Of a stretch of 8,033 nucleotides of DNA, positions 1 through 7,815 are shown piece by piece (the first letter of the stretch is position 1; each line of letters opens with the position of its first letter). Under the pieces are notes generated by a model. The model was not told the DNA's origin, ran no database searches, and saw nothing but the letters and a program-made list of their open reading frames with translations. The translations under genes and the position numbers were made by a program. The DNA is from Amoeboradix gromovi X-113 (lineage: Eukaryota; Fungi; Sanchytriomycota). The stretch lies in NCBI GenBank assembly GCA_018985225.1, contig JADGIF010000471.1, positions 1 through 8,033 of the forward strand, given 5' to 3'.

Positions 1-480
1 TATTAACAGGCTGGCGCATAAACCATATGCGAAAAGACACAGGCATCTGCACTGAAATATTTAAACCCTTGAGGACATTTATTTTAAAAGTTTTCAAGTT
101 TTGAATAGCGTGTTCCTCAATCGAAGATTACCGCATAACTCTACCTCTTAATTTGCTACTCTAAAAACAACCGCGGAAGAGACTTGTTAAAGTATTATTG
201 TGCAAACTCAATGTTCCTTATATTACAACTTTCCACTTAATTGAATCAACTGTTCGTCGTGATTAAATAAGCTATATCTCCCCGATATACTCTTTCTAGA
301 CTTTTCAATTGCATAAAAACTTGATCTTCTTTCCATCAATTTCTGATAGCTCCAAATTATCCTAGCCAAAATATTTCAAGTTGAAGACATCAAAAAGGGA
401 TGGACAATGTACTTGAGTATCCTGAAAACATTGTTGCCATTGATTGATGCATATTGTTTGTCTATTGCTGTCGCAAAATG
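1..480 (-). pseudogene. Decayed Fanzor1-like (eukaryotic TnpB-family RNA-guided nuclease) gene remnant, running off the left edge; 5' part may extend to about 950
   Basis: Manual minus-strand translation, with stops and frameshifts, gives motifs in the order I recall for Fanzor1. These are KQYASINGNNVFRILK (459-412), SLFDVFNLKYFG*DNLELSEIDGKKIKF (400-317, other frame), SISGRYSLF (291-265, like a degenerate RuvC-I GIDPGR..LF lacking the Asp), LSGKL*YKE (240-214, like LSxKEYY), GNLRLRNTLFKT (132-97, bridge-helix-like) and CLFAYG (39-22). Recognised by eye only. Confidence 0.5.
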
Positions 481-953
481 CAGTCAAGACTGCATAATAA
501 CATAACTTAAGGTCACCATGCCATTGGTTGCGTCATTGTCTAAATAATATACCTTCACTTAAATGAAGTGGTATAAGACCAAATCAGCTCATTTTCAGCG
601 AGAAAATAGAATTCCTGGTTACTATATCTATGATTTACTGTCGGAATGAACTTTTCGTTTCAGTATCATACTTAATTACGCTTCCAAAGTACGGTTGTGT
701 TTAATGTTATGGATTGTCTGCACGTCAGCAAACTCATTCAATTTAAAATCTGGGGTTATTTTCGCATAAAATATAGTGAGATTTTTGGCTACATTAACTC
801 GATTAAATTAAAACTGATGCTCTGAAAAGTTTCATGGCTTTGCTGCTTTCAAAATGGTTGCTCTGTTATTTAGAGGCTGTGATTATGAACCAGTCTCCTC
901 TTTTTAAGGGTTGCAAGCTTGCTGTTGCCATTTTAAGTCCTCTATCATAATGC

Positions 954-987
954 AATTTGATTGTAAAATTTAATTGTAAATTTGATT
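954..987. repeat. Imperfect 13-bp tandem repeat (AATTTGATTGTAA, AATTTAATTGTAA, partial ATTTGATT)
   Basis: Units at 954-966 and 967-979 differ at one base; partial third copy at 980-987. Confidence 0.55.
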
Positions 988-1118
988 TCTACTTGTAGCA
1001 AACTTTATCTGTAAATAAGACCGTAATTAGAGTTACTTAGCAATAAACACTCTACTCACTGAATGTAATTGAATAAATAACTAGTACTTAATAGGTCGTG
1101 CTCAAAATAGGCCTTAAA

Positions 1119-1128
1119 GGGATAAAAC
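1119..1128 (+). promoter_or_regulatory. ATG-proximal motif GGGATAAAAC (candidate core promoter or 5'UTR element)
   Basis: Immediately precedes the ATG at 1129. Related strings sit before the other two genes (ATAAAACACC; GGGATCAAACACC). Confidence 0.35.
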
Positions 1129-2154
1129 ATGAACAAATTATCAATAATGTCTTGGAACATTTTAAGCCCTCAAATTGCAGCTAAAATGCTGTATTTGTAC
1201 AAGAACTGTAAACTAGATAATAGATGGCCGTTAATTATTGACAAAATCTATAAACAGAGCCCGGATGTATTATTTTTACAAGAGTTGGAAGAGCTACAAT
1301 TTAAGGAACTGAAAGAAACTATGGTCGAATACAATGCTCATTATGTTCAAAGACCTGGAAATGTCGACGGGTGTGCAACTTTTGTTAAAAAGAGAATCGA
1401 GATCGTAAATACAAGAAAATTGAATTTGTCCAAAGCAAACACGTTTAGTAATAGAGAGAACATATGCATGCTTATTCTCGCCAAGGTGGATGGTAAGAAA
1501 CTAATACTAGCGAATACTCATATTCTTTATAATCCTAGGCGTGGATTAATCAAGGCAGCTCAACTTGTTTATATATTTGAACAGATATATGAATTAATGC
1601 AAGAGTACAGTTGCTTCGACTGCCCAATAATTCTTGGTGGTGATTTCAATCTCAGTCCTTTTGGTTTGTTGTACCAGTTCATCACAAAGGGCAGTTTAAA
1701 ACTTGATCTAATACCAGAGCAATTCTTAAGCGGGCAAGATACTAGAAATTCACCCAGAACGAGTATGAGTGATACAGGCGAGGTTCCTTATGAAATCACT
1801 CATCCGTTTAATTTTTCTAGTGCCTATGAGACATGTCAATCAAAAAACGGTAAAGCATGGAAGTTCACCCAGGATTTAAAAGGCAAGAATGGATTTAAAG
1901 GCCTCTTTGTAGATTTCATATTTTATGGTCATTTAAGAACCGACGCGCATTTGTACATGAAGCAGCAGATGTTAGATTCAGCGTTTAGTCCTTTACAGTT
2001 TACAGCGAAACCACCTACTTCAGAGTACACGCCTGAGTCTTTGCAATTGCTTAAAATTGGGGACTTACCGGACCCGGATAAAGAAACACTCAATTCAATT
2101 CCTGATGAGCATATTCCGTCTGATCATTTTCCGATATACGCGGAATTCAAATAA
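1129..2154 (+). CDS. ANGEL: Angel-family (CCR4/nocturnin/Angel EEP superfamily) phosphatase, 341 aa
   Basis: All EEP catalytic motifs are present: MSWNIL, LFLQE, DGCATF, GGDFN, VDFIFY, PSDHFPI. LANTHILYNPRRGLIKAAQL matches the Angel-type NTHLLYNPRRGDIKL.Q signature, and the LSGQ motif is also present. No LRR domain, so not CCR4/CNOT6 itself. Confidence 0.88.
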   Translation: MNKLSIMSWNILSPQIAAKMLYLYKNCKLDNRWPLIIDKIYKQSPDVLFLQELEELQFKELKETMVEYNAHYVQRPGNVDGCATFVKKRIEIVNTRKLNLSKANTFSNRENICMLILAKVDGKKLILANTHILYNPRRGLIKAAQLVYIFEQIYELMQEYSCFDCPIILGGDFNLSPFGLLYQFITKGSLKLDLIPEQFLSGQDTRNSPRTSMSDTGEVPYEITHPFNFSSAYETCQSKNGKAWKFTQDLKGKNGFKGLFVDFIFYGHLRTDAHLYMKQQMLDSAFSPLQFTAKPPTSEYTPESLQLLKIGDLPDPDKETLNSIPDEHIPSDHFPIYAEFK

Positions 2155-2155
2155 A
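2150..2155 (+). terminator. AATAAA polyadenylation-signal candidate overlapping the Angel stop codon
   Basis: TTC AAA TAA A contains AATAAA across the TAA stop (2152-2154). Confidence 0.35.
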
Positions 2156-2232
2156 CATGACTTTTACATAATTTTGACAACTCTCTTATTTGTCTAAAGA
2201 TATATAACAGTTCTTCTCAGAGACACCATATT

Positions 2233-2267
2233 ATTGCAAGGATAAGGTGCCATGATAGTCTTGCAAT
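2233..2267. other. Intergenic inverted repeat / hairpin
   Basis: ATTGCAAG (2233-2240) is the exact reverse complement of CTTGCAAT (2260-2267), with a 19-nt spacer. Confidence 0.4.
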
Positions 2268-2430
2268 TCAAGTTAGTGGAAGCTTTAGCAACTAATATAA
2301 CGGAGTGAGCGAAATTGGCAGTTTATCCGAGGAGATTCTTGCTCTTCTGATTAATTTAGACTTTCAACGAGGAAGCAATTAATGCGAGCAAATTCACCTT
2401 GTTTGAGATTAGTTGATTCGTTCTTGCATC

Positions 2431-2440
2431 ATAAAACACC
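2431..2440 (+). promoter_or_regulatory. ATG-proximal motif ATAAAACACC
   Basis: Ends 6 nt before the CFAP57 ATG; 9/10 identical to ATCAAACACC before RNA14. Confidence 0.35.
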
Positions 2441-2446
2441 GAGGCC

Positions 2447-5400
2447 ATGTCAGACAATATTCATGAGAAACTGAAAATTCAACCAGAATTTGCAATAAAC
2501 ATTAACTTAAATGTCAATACACCAGTATATCTAGTTGATAATACTATTTTGTTTGCCACTTCAACATTTTTAGTTGAGATGAGTATGCAAGGAATTCAAA
2601 AAATCCATGATTTTCATTGCCAGATCTCCAACTTTGTCATTTCAAGTGACCACAATGTATTAGCAATTCATAGCCAGTCAGAATCCAAAGTTGTGTTCTT
2701 TGATGCGAAAACAATGCGTAAAAGAAGGTTGCTTAAGGATGACCAAGGAATACTTTGTTGCCAGTTTGTAAATGCCAAGAGGTTTGCTATTTTGACAGAA
2801 AAACATCATTTGAGAGTATATGCATGGGAAAAGGGTGCACTAGAACTTGAGTGCAATGCTTCCTGCGGTTTAAATCCCAAGTTATGCTACTTTGATAACT
2901 CTTTGGTTCTCTGTGATAAAACTAGCACTTCATCGTATTCTATAAGTGAAAAGTCAATAGAGCAGTCCAAAATAAGGGACTTATCTGTAATTCAATCCTA
3001 CTTTAACGTGTTGCTCTGCCAAAATCAAATACTTGTCAACAACTTTAGCCCCACAGTTATAGATCCGTCTGTAGATTTAATTACTTGCAACGGTGTAGCA
3101 GTGTTTAAGGATACTATGATTATTAGTTATTTGAATTCATTGCTCCTTCTAGAAAAGAGCAAAAATGTATATTTGCCGTTAAAAGAGTACTCTTTTCCCT
3201 GCAACTACGGTAACATTAGCGGCATATCTCACCATAGGCATATAGTACTTTGTTATACTACTTGTGGTGGAATTTACGAGTTTAGCCATTTATTAGATGA
3301 AGAAAATAGGTACGTGTGCATATTACAGCCTACTTTTAATAACAAGGTTATATCTTCGACATCATGCTCTCGCAAACCATGGATATTCTATTCATTATCA
3401 GATAAGACAGTTTGTTTATTTAATTATCTAAGTCATAAAATTTTGTTTAAAAAGCAATTCTTGGAGTCTTCTCTTTCATTGTCTATACACCCGAGTAGTT
3501 TGTACTTGCTAGTATCTTTTCCAGAGAAAGTGACTATATATGAAATCCTGCACAACGATTTGGTCGTTTACAAGGATATAAACATAAGATGGTGCAATAA
3601 TGTTAAATTTAGTAGTGGTGGCCACATGTTTGCTCTTACAATAAATAATATCATTCAGTTGTTCGATTTTTGGAATGTTTTGCCGATAATGACGTTTAAA
3701 GGGCATTCTACAAATGTTTTAGAGATACAATTCGATTACAGAGACATGTACATGTATAGTACAGGCACAGACGGGTCCTTATATTCGTGGAACTTATTGA
3801 CAAACAAGAGGGATAGTGATCATGTTTGCAAAGGTGGAGTACCAATTGAGACAGTATGGATAAACGAATCCACTTGTGTGATATTGCAGAATGACAGAAC
3901 ATTGAAAGAAGTTTGCAATAATTCTGTAGTTAATCAAATAAACCTAACCGTGCCTTGTACTTGTATAAGTTACATAAAGATCGCAGCATGTGTAGCTGTA
4001 CAGGGCAACGATGGTAGAACATACATCTATAAGTACCCGTTTACATTATCACAGGTTCCGCTAATAATATTAGGGGGACATATGGCATCTATAAACGGAT
4101 GTGAGATGGTTTACAATTATGGCAAATTTGTGACAATAGATGATGATAACTACATTGTAATTTGGGGTCTACAGCATATAGAGTATGTGGAGCCGCAGTT
4201 TACAGATGAAATAGTCGTAACGAAAGAAGAAATGGATAACCAGTACCAGAAACTAGAAAGATTGAAGATAAAGACGGAGGAGAAAAAGATGGAAATACAA
4301 TATCAATTGCAGGTAAAAAAATCAATTATTGACAAAAAGTTGATAGATACAAGTAGGCAGTTCGAGAAAGAAACAGAAATAATGAACTACGAGCATGATA
4401 TGGAAATCAAAGGATATTTAGACGAGGAAATGAGAATAAAAAAGCAGATACAAACAGAGGAAGAGAAGTTTAACAAGGAAAAGCTGGAAATTGAGAGCCA
4501 TTATCAACAGTTGTTATTGTTTGAATACGACAAGCAGCAGTCTTTGCGCAATAAACTTCAAAATTTAAAAGATAAATTTGAATCAGATTTGCTACAGCAA
4601 GACAAAGAATTACGAGAGGTCAATAACTCAAGGATAGTCGAGCACAACAAACAAGAAACAGAACTTAAAACAAAGTGCGATGAGGACGAAAAGTTGTTAA
4701 GTCAGTTAGAAATGAAGTTACGGATTTCATCAAAACTGCAGGAAGAGGAAATGGAACAGGAATTGTTGGAAATGAAGATTGATTATGACGACAAGAACAA
4801 GTTACTGCAGGAGGAGAGATACAAAATACAAGCAGAACACACTCAAATATTGGGCATTTGTGAGCAATTGGAGAAAGATATCCAGCTACAAAATCAGGAA
4901 ATTAATAAATTTGAAAAAGAGGAAGCAGACAACATTAATGAATTAAAATCGTTGGAGCTAATACTATCAAAGAAACAGAGTGAATTAAAGGGAATCGAGC
5001 TTGAAATAAATAGTAAAGATGACAAAATTAATGAGTTACGGAGAAAGCAAGAAGAACTAGAAAAATATCGATTCGTTATGGACTACAAGTTGAAAGAGCT
5101 GCAGGACCAAGTAGACCCAAAAAGATTGGAGATTGAGGAACTAAACTGTTTAATCTCCAAATCAAAGTTACAAGATGCAAATCAAATTCAGGCTTGCTCA
5201 TTGTTAAATTTAAAATTGCAAGAAATAACATGTAAAATTGAGTTAGAAAAGAAAAATATAGAAGTTGAAATGGAAAAACACCGAAGATTACAGTTATTTG
5301 AAAAAAGAATGCTCTACAAATTTAAACAAATAACAAAACTAACAAATAAAAAAGATATTAAGTTGAAGATGCATGAATTAAACACAGAGTTTGAGCAACT

Positions 5401-5611
5401 GGATTATTTAAGCCTGACTTTGTTAAATGAAAATGAGCAACAGGTCTTGCTAAAGCAAAGAGATTCATTACAGAAACAGATTTATATGGTGCAGGAACGA
5501 ATTGATAAACAAGAAAAGAGACATCAAAAGCAAATGTCAAAGTTGTTAAAAGAGAATTTTGTCCTTTTTGAACAAGTGCAAGATCAGCAAATACAAGCCA
5601 ATAAATCTTAG
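2447..5611 (+). CDS. CFAP57: Cilia- and flagella-associated protein 57 (WDR65/FAP57): WD40 propellers plus long coiled coil, 1054 aa
   Basis: Family-typical blocks: CSRKPWI...DKTVCLFNY, LSIHPSSLYLLVSFPEKV, KFSSGGHMFA, FKGH...STGTDGSLYSWNL, and the coiled-coil signature INELRRKQEELEKYRFVMDYKLKELQDQVDPK (cf. [32 protein letters not shown]). Single uninterrupted ORF. Confidence 0.93.
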   Translation: MSDNIHEKLKIQPEFAININLNVNTPVYLVDNTILFATSTFLVEMSMQGIQKIHDFHCQISNFVISSDHNVLAIHSQSESKVVFFDAKTMRKRRLLKDDQGILCCQFVNAKRFAILTEKHHLRVYAWEKGALELECNASCGLNPKLCYFDNSLVLCDKTSTSSYSISEKSIEQSKIRDLSVIQSYFNVLLCQNQILVNNFSPTVIDPSVDLITCNGVAVFKDTMIISYLNSLLLLEKSKNVYLPLKEYSFPCNYGNISGISHHRHIVLCYTTCGGIYEFSHLLDEENRYVCILQPTFNNKVISSTSCSRKPWIFYSLSDKTVCLFNYLSHKILFKKQFLESSLSLSIHPSSLYLLVSFPEKVTIYEILHNDLVVYKDINIRWCNNVKFSSGGHMFALTINNIIQLFDFWNVLPIMTFKGHSTNVLEIQFDYRDMYMYSTGTDGSLYSWNLLTNKRDSDHVCKGGVPIETVWINESTCVILQNDRTLKEVCNNSVVNQINLTVPCTCISYIKIAACVAVQGNDGRTYIYKYPFTLSQVPLIILGGHMASINGCEMVYNYGKFVTIDDDNYIVIWGLQHIEYVEPQFTDEIVVTKEEMDNQYQKLERLKIKTEEKKMEIQYQLQVKKSIIDKKLIDTSRQFEKETEIMNYEHDMEIKGYLDEEMRIKKQIQTEEEKFNKEKLEIESHYQQLLLFEYDKQQSLRNKLQNLKDKFESDLLQQDKELREVNNSRIVEHNKQETELKTKCDEDEKLLSQLEMKLRISSKLQEEEMEQELLEMKIDYDDKNKLLQEERYKIQAEHTQILGICEQLEKDIQLQNQEINKFEKEEADNINELKSLELILSKKQSELKGIELEINSKDDKINELRRKQEELEKYRFVMDYKLKELQDQVDPKRLEIEELNCLISKSKLQDANQIQACSLLNLKLQEITCKIELEKKNIEVEMEKHRRLQLFEKRMLYKFKQITKLTNKKDIKLKMHELNTEFEQLDYLSLTLLNENEQQVLLKQRDSLQKQIYMVQERIDKQEKRHQKQMSKLLKENFVLFEQVQDQQIQANKS
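5600..5605 (+). terminator. AATAAA candidate ending 3 nt before the CFAP57 stop
   Basis: GCC AAT AAA TCT TAG; a variant ATTAAA also lies at 5663-5668. Confidence 0.3.
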
Positions 5612-5792
5612 ACCTTACTGAAAATCCTAAATATTTGACACTTTCACTATTAGTGACAAAAAATTAAATATTGCTCGCTTTAATAGTATTAACCAGTGCT
5701 TTTTATCGCCCCCATTTGTTGTGCTTGCAGCACTACCGTGTTCAGTCATAGTTCCACAAAAAACTTCAAGACAAGTGTATTTTCTTATTCTA

Positions 5793-5798
5793 TTTATT
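5793..5798 (-). terminator. AATAAA candidate about 14 nt downstream of the RNA14 stop
   Basis: Plus-strand TTTATT at 5793-5798; stop codon at 5812-5814. Confidence 0.35.
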
Positions 5799-5811
5799 TT
5801 AGATAGTGAAA

Positions 5812-7680
5812 TCAAGCCCTTCTTCTTCGCTTTGCTGGTCTATGGGGCGGAATAACCGAGTTCACCAAAATGGCAAATAACTCTGGTACTTTTACTATTG
5901 GTCCTCTCCACTCATCCCGCGGCAAAGATATTAATAGCCCGTACACCAAATCTGAATTTGGCATTCCCAACGGAGATGATCCGTCTCTAATCTCTTCAAA
6001 CTGTTGGTTTCCTGTCTGCCGTGAACCGTGCCCGTTCTCCTTGACGTAATGGGGGTGCATAGACTCAGCTTGCTGATGCATCTTTTGTTGATTTTGTGAT
6101 GCAGCCATTTGCTGTGGTTTCTTCCCAGTCATTAGACAAATGAATTCTTGCTCTGTCGCACACTCCTTCAACCCTAGACACTCATAGCTATCTATCCCAT
6201 ACACATTCCATCTCTCAACATAATAAAACAAATCGCTTTTGCCGTTATACTCTTTATTCACTTTAATATTTGTTTTGTAATCACTTGTCCTGCTGTACTC
6301 CTTAATCATAGTTTGCAGTGAGTACATCCATTCACATTCTCCATTGGCTATGCAATAATCCATAACCATCTTAATAAACTCAAAATGATGCGCTCTGTCT
6401 ATAATCGTCATCAGTCGCGTTAGCAACGATTTGATGTTTTCATTCTCTTTGATCATAATTAACCATTCCATGTATGCCTTGCTGTACTTTGTAAATACGC
6501 TAACGATGGGAATGGTTTGCTGATTGCTAATAACGCTATTTAACCACTTAAAGCCTAATTCGAAAATACGAGCCTGAATAGTAAATTGATCAGTGTGCTT
6601 GTGCTCTACATACGCGCTAGTGCTGAATACCATAGCACATTGAATAACCACTTCCAGCACCTCAATTGTTGCATCCTGAGCAAATGAATTTAACCATTTT
6701 CTAAAAATACTAAATATACTGCGCATGTCAGTTAAATCAGAGTGAATTAGTAATTTACTAACGTATAAACAGAACAAAGGAACTACAGATTTAATTTCTT
6801 TGCAATTGTTTATTGAGTTAGTGAACAGATCAATAAAATTACATTTATAGCCCCATTCCAAGGACAAGCACAAAACAGGAACAGAATGGATTATATCTGT
6901 CAGGTTATCATTTATATTTGATTCAATATACTTGCAATACAATGGTATCCACTCATTCAATGATTTGGGAATAAATGGTACAACTATCTCATTTATCAAC
7001 ACCGGTTCACACGTTGCAAATTCAGTAGTATCGGAGATTTTGTGCAATAGTATTAAGTACCGGCATACAAGAAACCAATACAAAGGACTGGGAGTGCAGT
7101 GGCTGATGCAAAACAAATATAAATATTGAAGCCTTTGATGCAAAACATCGTCATCTAGACTGCAATAGTTAGTATGCTCAAGATCCATCAGATCGTGAGC
7201 AAACTCTGGGTTTCCTGAGGAAATGAACGAATCCAAAGTAGCCTGAACATCAAGGTACAGTAATTTAGACCTTTCATAAGACTTGGCCATTTCTTCAACT
7301 TGCTTTTGCCCGATGACATCTTTAGATTCAAATTGAATATAAAATTCCCAAATAGTAGACAAATTTGAGCGAGGCATTGAAAAACACTGTTTATAGACAC
7401 TTCTAATTTTATTGATTTCATCAACAGGTAACAATGCTAAATATTCCTTGTAAATATCAGCGTTGAAAGTAAATTTCAATTGTTCCAACGAATACTGATA
7501 CGCATCCAATAAGAAATTAGGATGAGACTGCTTGATGTACTTTATATACTTTAGGAACAAGTCGTCCAACGGTAACTTTAAGGCATGTGTGAAAATCTTA
7601 CTCATCATTTGATGGTCATCTCTATGCTCATCAAATAAAGATTGCCATGCTAATATATCTGTTGGAATGATTGCTGCCAT
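5812..7680 (-). CDS. RNA14: mRNA 3'-end processing factor Rna14 / CstF-77 (Suf, HAT repeats), divergent, 622 aa
   Basis: HAT-N pattern DLFLKYIKYIK...AYQYSLEQL...IYKEYL...INKIRSVYKQCFSMPRSNLSTIWEFYIQFE (cf. CstF-77 [26 protein letters not shown]). HAT-C motif ARIFELGFK, then YVERW. C-terminal LLISLP..WRGPIVKVPELFAILVNSVIP resembles the Rna15/CstF-64-binding tail. Ends in basic, NLS-like PAKRRRRA. Confidence 0.85.
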   Translation of the reverse strand: MAAIIPTDILAWQSLFDEHRDDHQMMSKIFTHALKLPLDDLFLKYIKYIKQSHPNFLLDAYQYSLEQLKFTFNADIYKEYLALLPVDEINKIRSVYKQCFSMPRSNLSTIWEFYIQFESKDVIGQKQVEEMAKSYERSKLLYLDVQATLDSFISSGNPEFAHDLMDLEHTNYCSLDDDVLHQRLQYLYLFCISHCTPSPLYWFLVCRYLILLHKISDTTEFATCEPVLINEIVVPFIPKSLNEWIPLYCKYIESNINDNLTDIIHSVPVLCLSLEWGYKCNFIDLFTNSINNCKEIKSVVPLFCLYVSKLLIHSDLTDMRSIFSIFRKWLNSFAQDATIEVLEVVIQCAMVFSTSAYVEHKHTDQFTIQARIFELGFKWLNSVISNQQTIPIVSVFTKYSKAYMEWLIMIKENENIKSLLTRLMTIIDRAHHFEFIKMVMDYCIANGECEWMYSLQTMIKEYSRTSDYKTNIKVNKEYNGKSDLFYYVERWNVYGIDSYECLGLKECATEQEFICLMTGKKPQQMAASQNQQKMHQQAESMHPHYVKENGHGSRQTGNQQFEEIRDGSSPLGMPNSDLVYGLLISLPRDEWRGPIVKVPELFAILVNSVIPPHRPAKRRRRA

Positions 7681-7815
7681 TGGTGTTTGATCCCAGTTAC
7701 TCCTTGATAGTTGGGTTGAAGCAAAAAAGCTATATGGGACACCAAATATAAAAACTAGACTAACTCGTTTTTAAAGGAAGTGCTCCATACGAAGGAAATT
7801 TAATAAAAGTCCTTC
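7680..7815 (-). ncRNA. Candidate Fanzor omegaRNA scaffold / structured element end
   Basis: Four successive stems lie 3' of the Fanzor-like C-terminus: GAAGGA/TCCTTC (7815-7791), GGAG/TTCC (7786-7776), TAAAAAC.AG/CT.GTTTTTA (7773-7749) and TTGGTG-TCCCA/TGGGA-5nt-CACCAA (7745-7680). The position fits omegaRNA placement. Function is inferred only. Confidence 0.25.
7682..7694 (-). promoter_or_regulatory. ATG-proximal motif GGGATCAAACACC
   Basis: Ends 1 nt before the RNA14 ATG; contains both the GGGATMAAAC seen before Angel and the ATMAAACACC seen before CFAP57. Confidence 0.35.

Noticed and set aside
163-215. LRR-like TLSLHNNTLTSLFRGCF in a minus-strand frame
   Set aside because: A single unit flanked by stops with no neighbouring repeats. 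The collinear Fanzor-like motifs explain the region better, though this is not fully excluded.
1-950. Stop-codon reassignment (e.g. TAA/TAG = Gln) to explain the ORF-less region
   Set aside because: The three intact genes contain no internal stops and end in TAA, TAG and TGA at expected positions. The left region also needs frameshifts.
3509-5540. Small minus-strand ORFs 3509-3706, 3708-3902 and 5358-5540
   Set aside because: Short antisense shadows of CFAP57 with no recognisable motifs.
5721-5733. GTGCT-TGC-AGCAC mini-hairpin in the convergent spacer
   Set aside because: A 5-bp stem is expected by chance, and there is no tRNA or other RNA-gene pattern around it.
5627-5815. 62-aa ORF overlapping the RNA14 stop
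   Set aside because: Begins at TTG rather than ATG, has no family features and lies in the convergent 3' spacer.
6932-7424. ORFs 6932-7129 (+) and 7188-7424 (-)
   Set aside because: Antisense or alternative-frame ORFs inside RNA14.
1129-7680. Functional RNA-processing cluster (Angel plus Rna14)
   Set aside because: The genes are separated by an unrelated ciliary gene and lie on opposite strands; chance adjacency is expected in a dense genome.
7755-7786. Helitron-like 3' end (CTAG|T with an upstream hairpin)
   Set aside because: The hairpin is only 4 bp and about 17 nt away, and CTAG is too common to be diagnostic.
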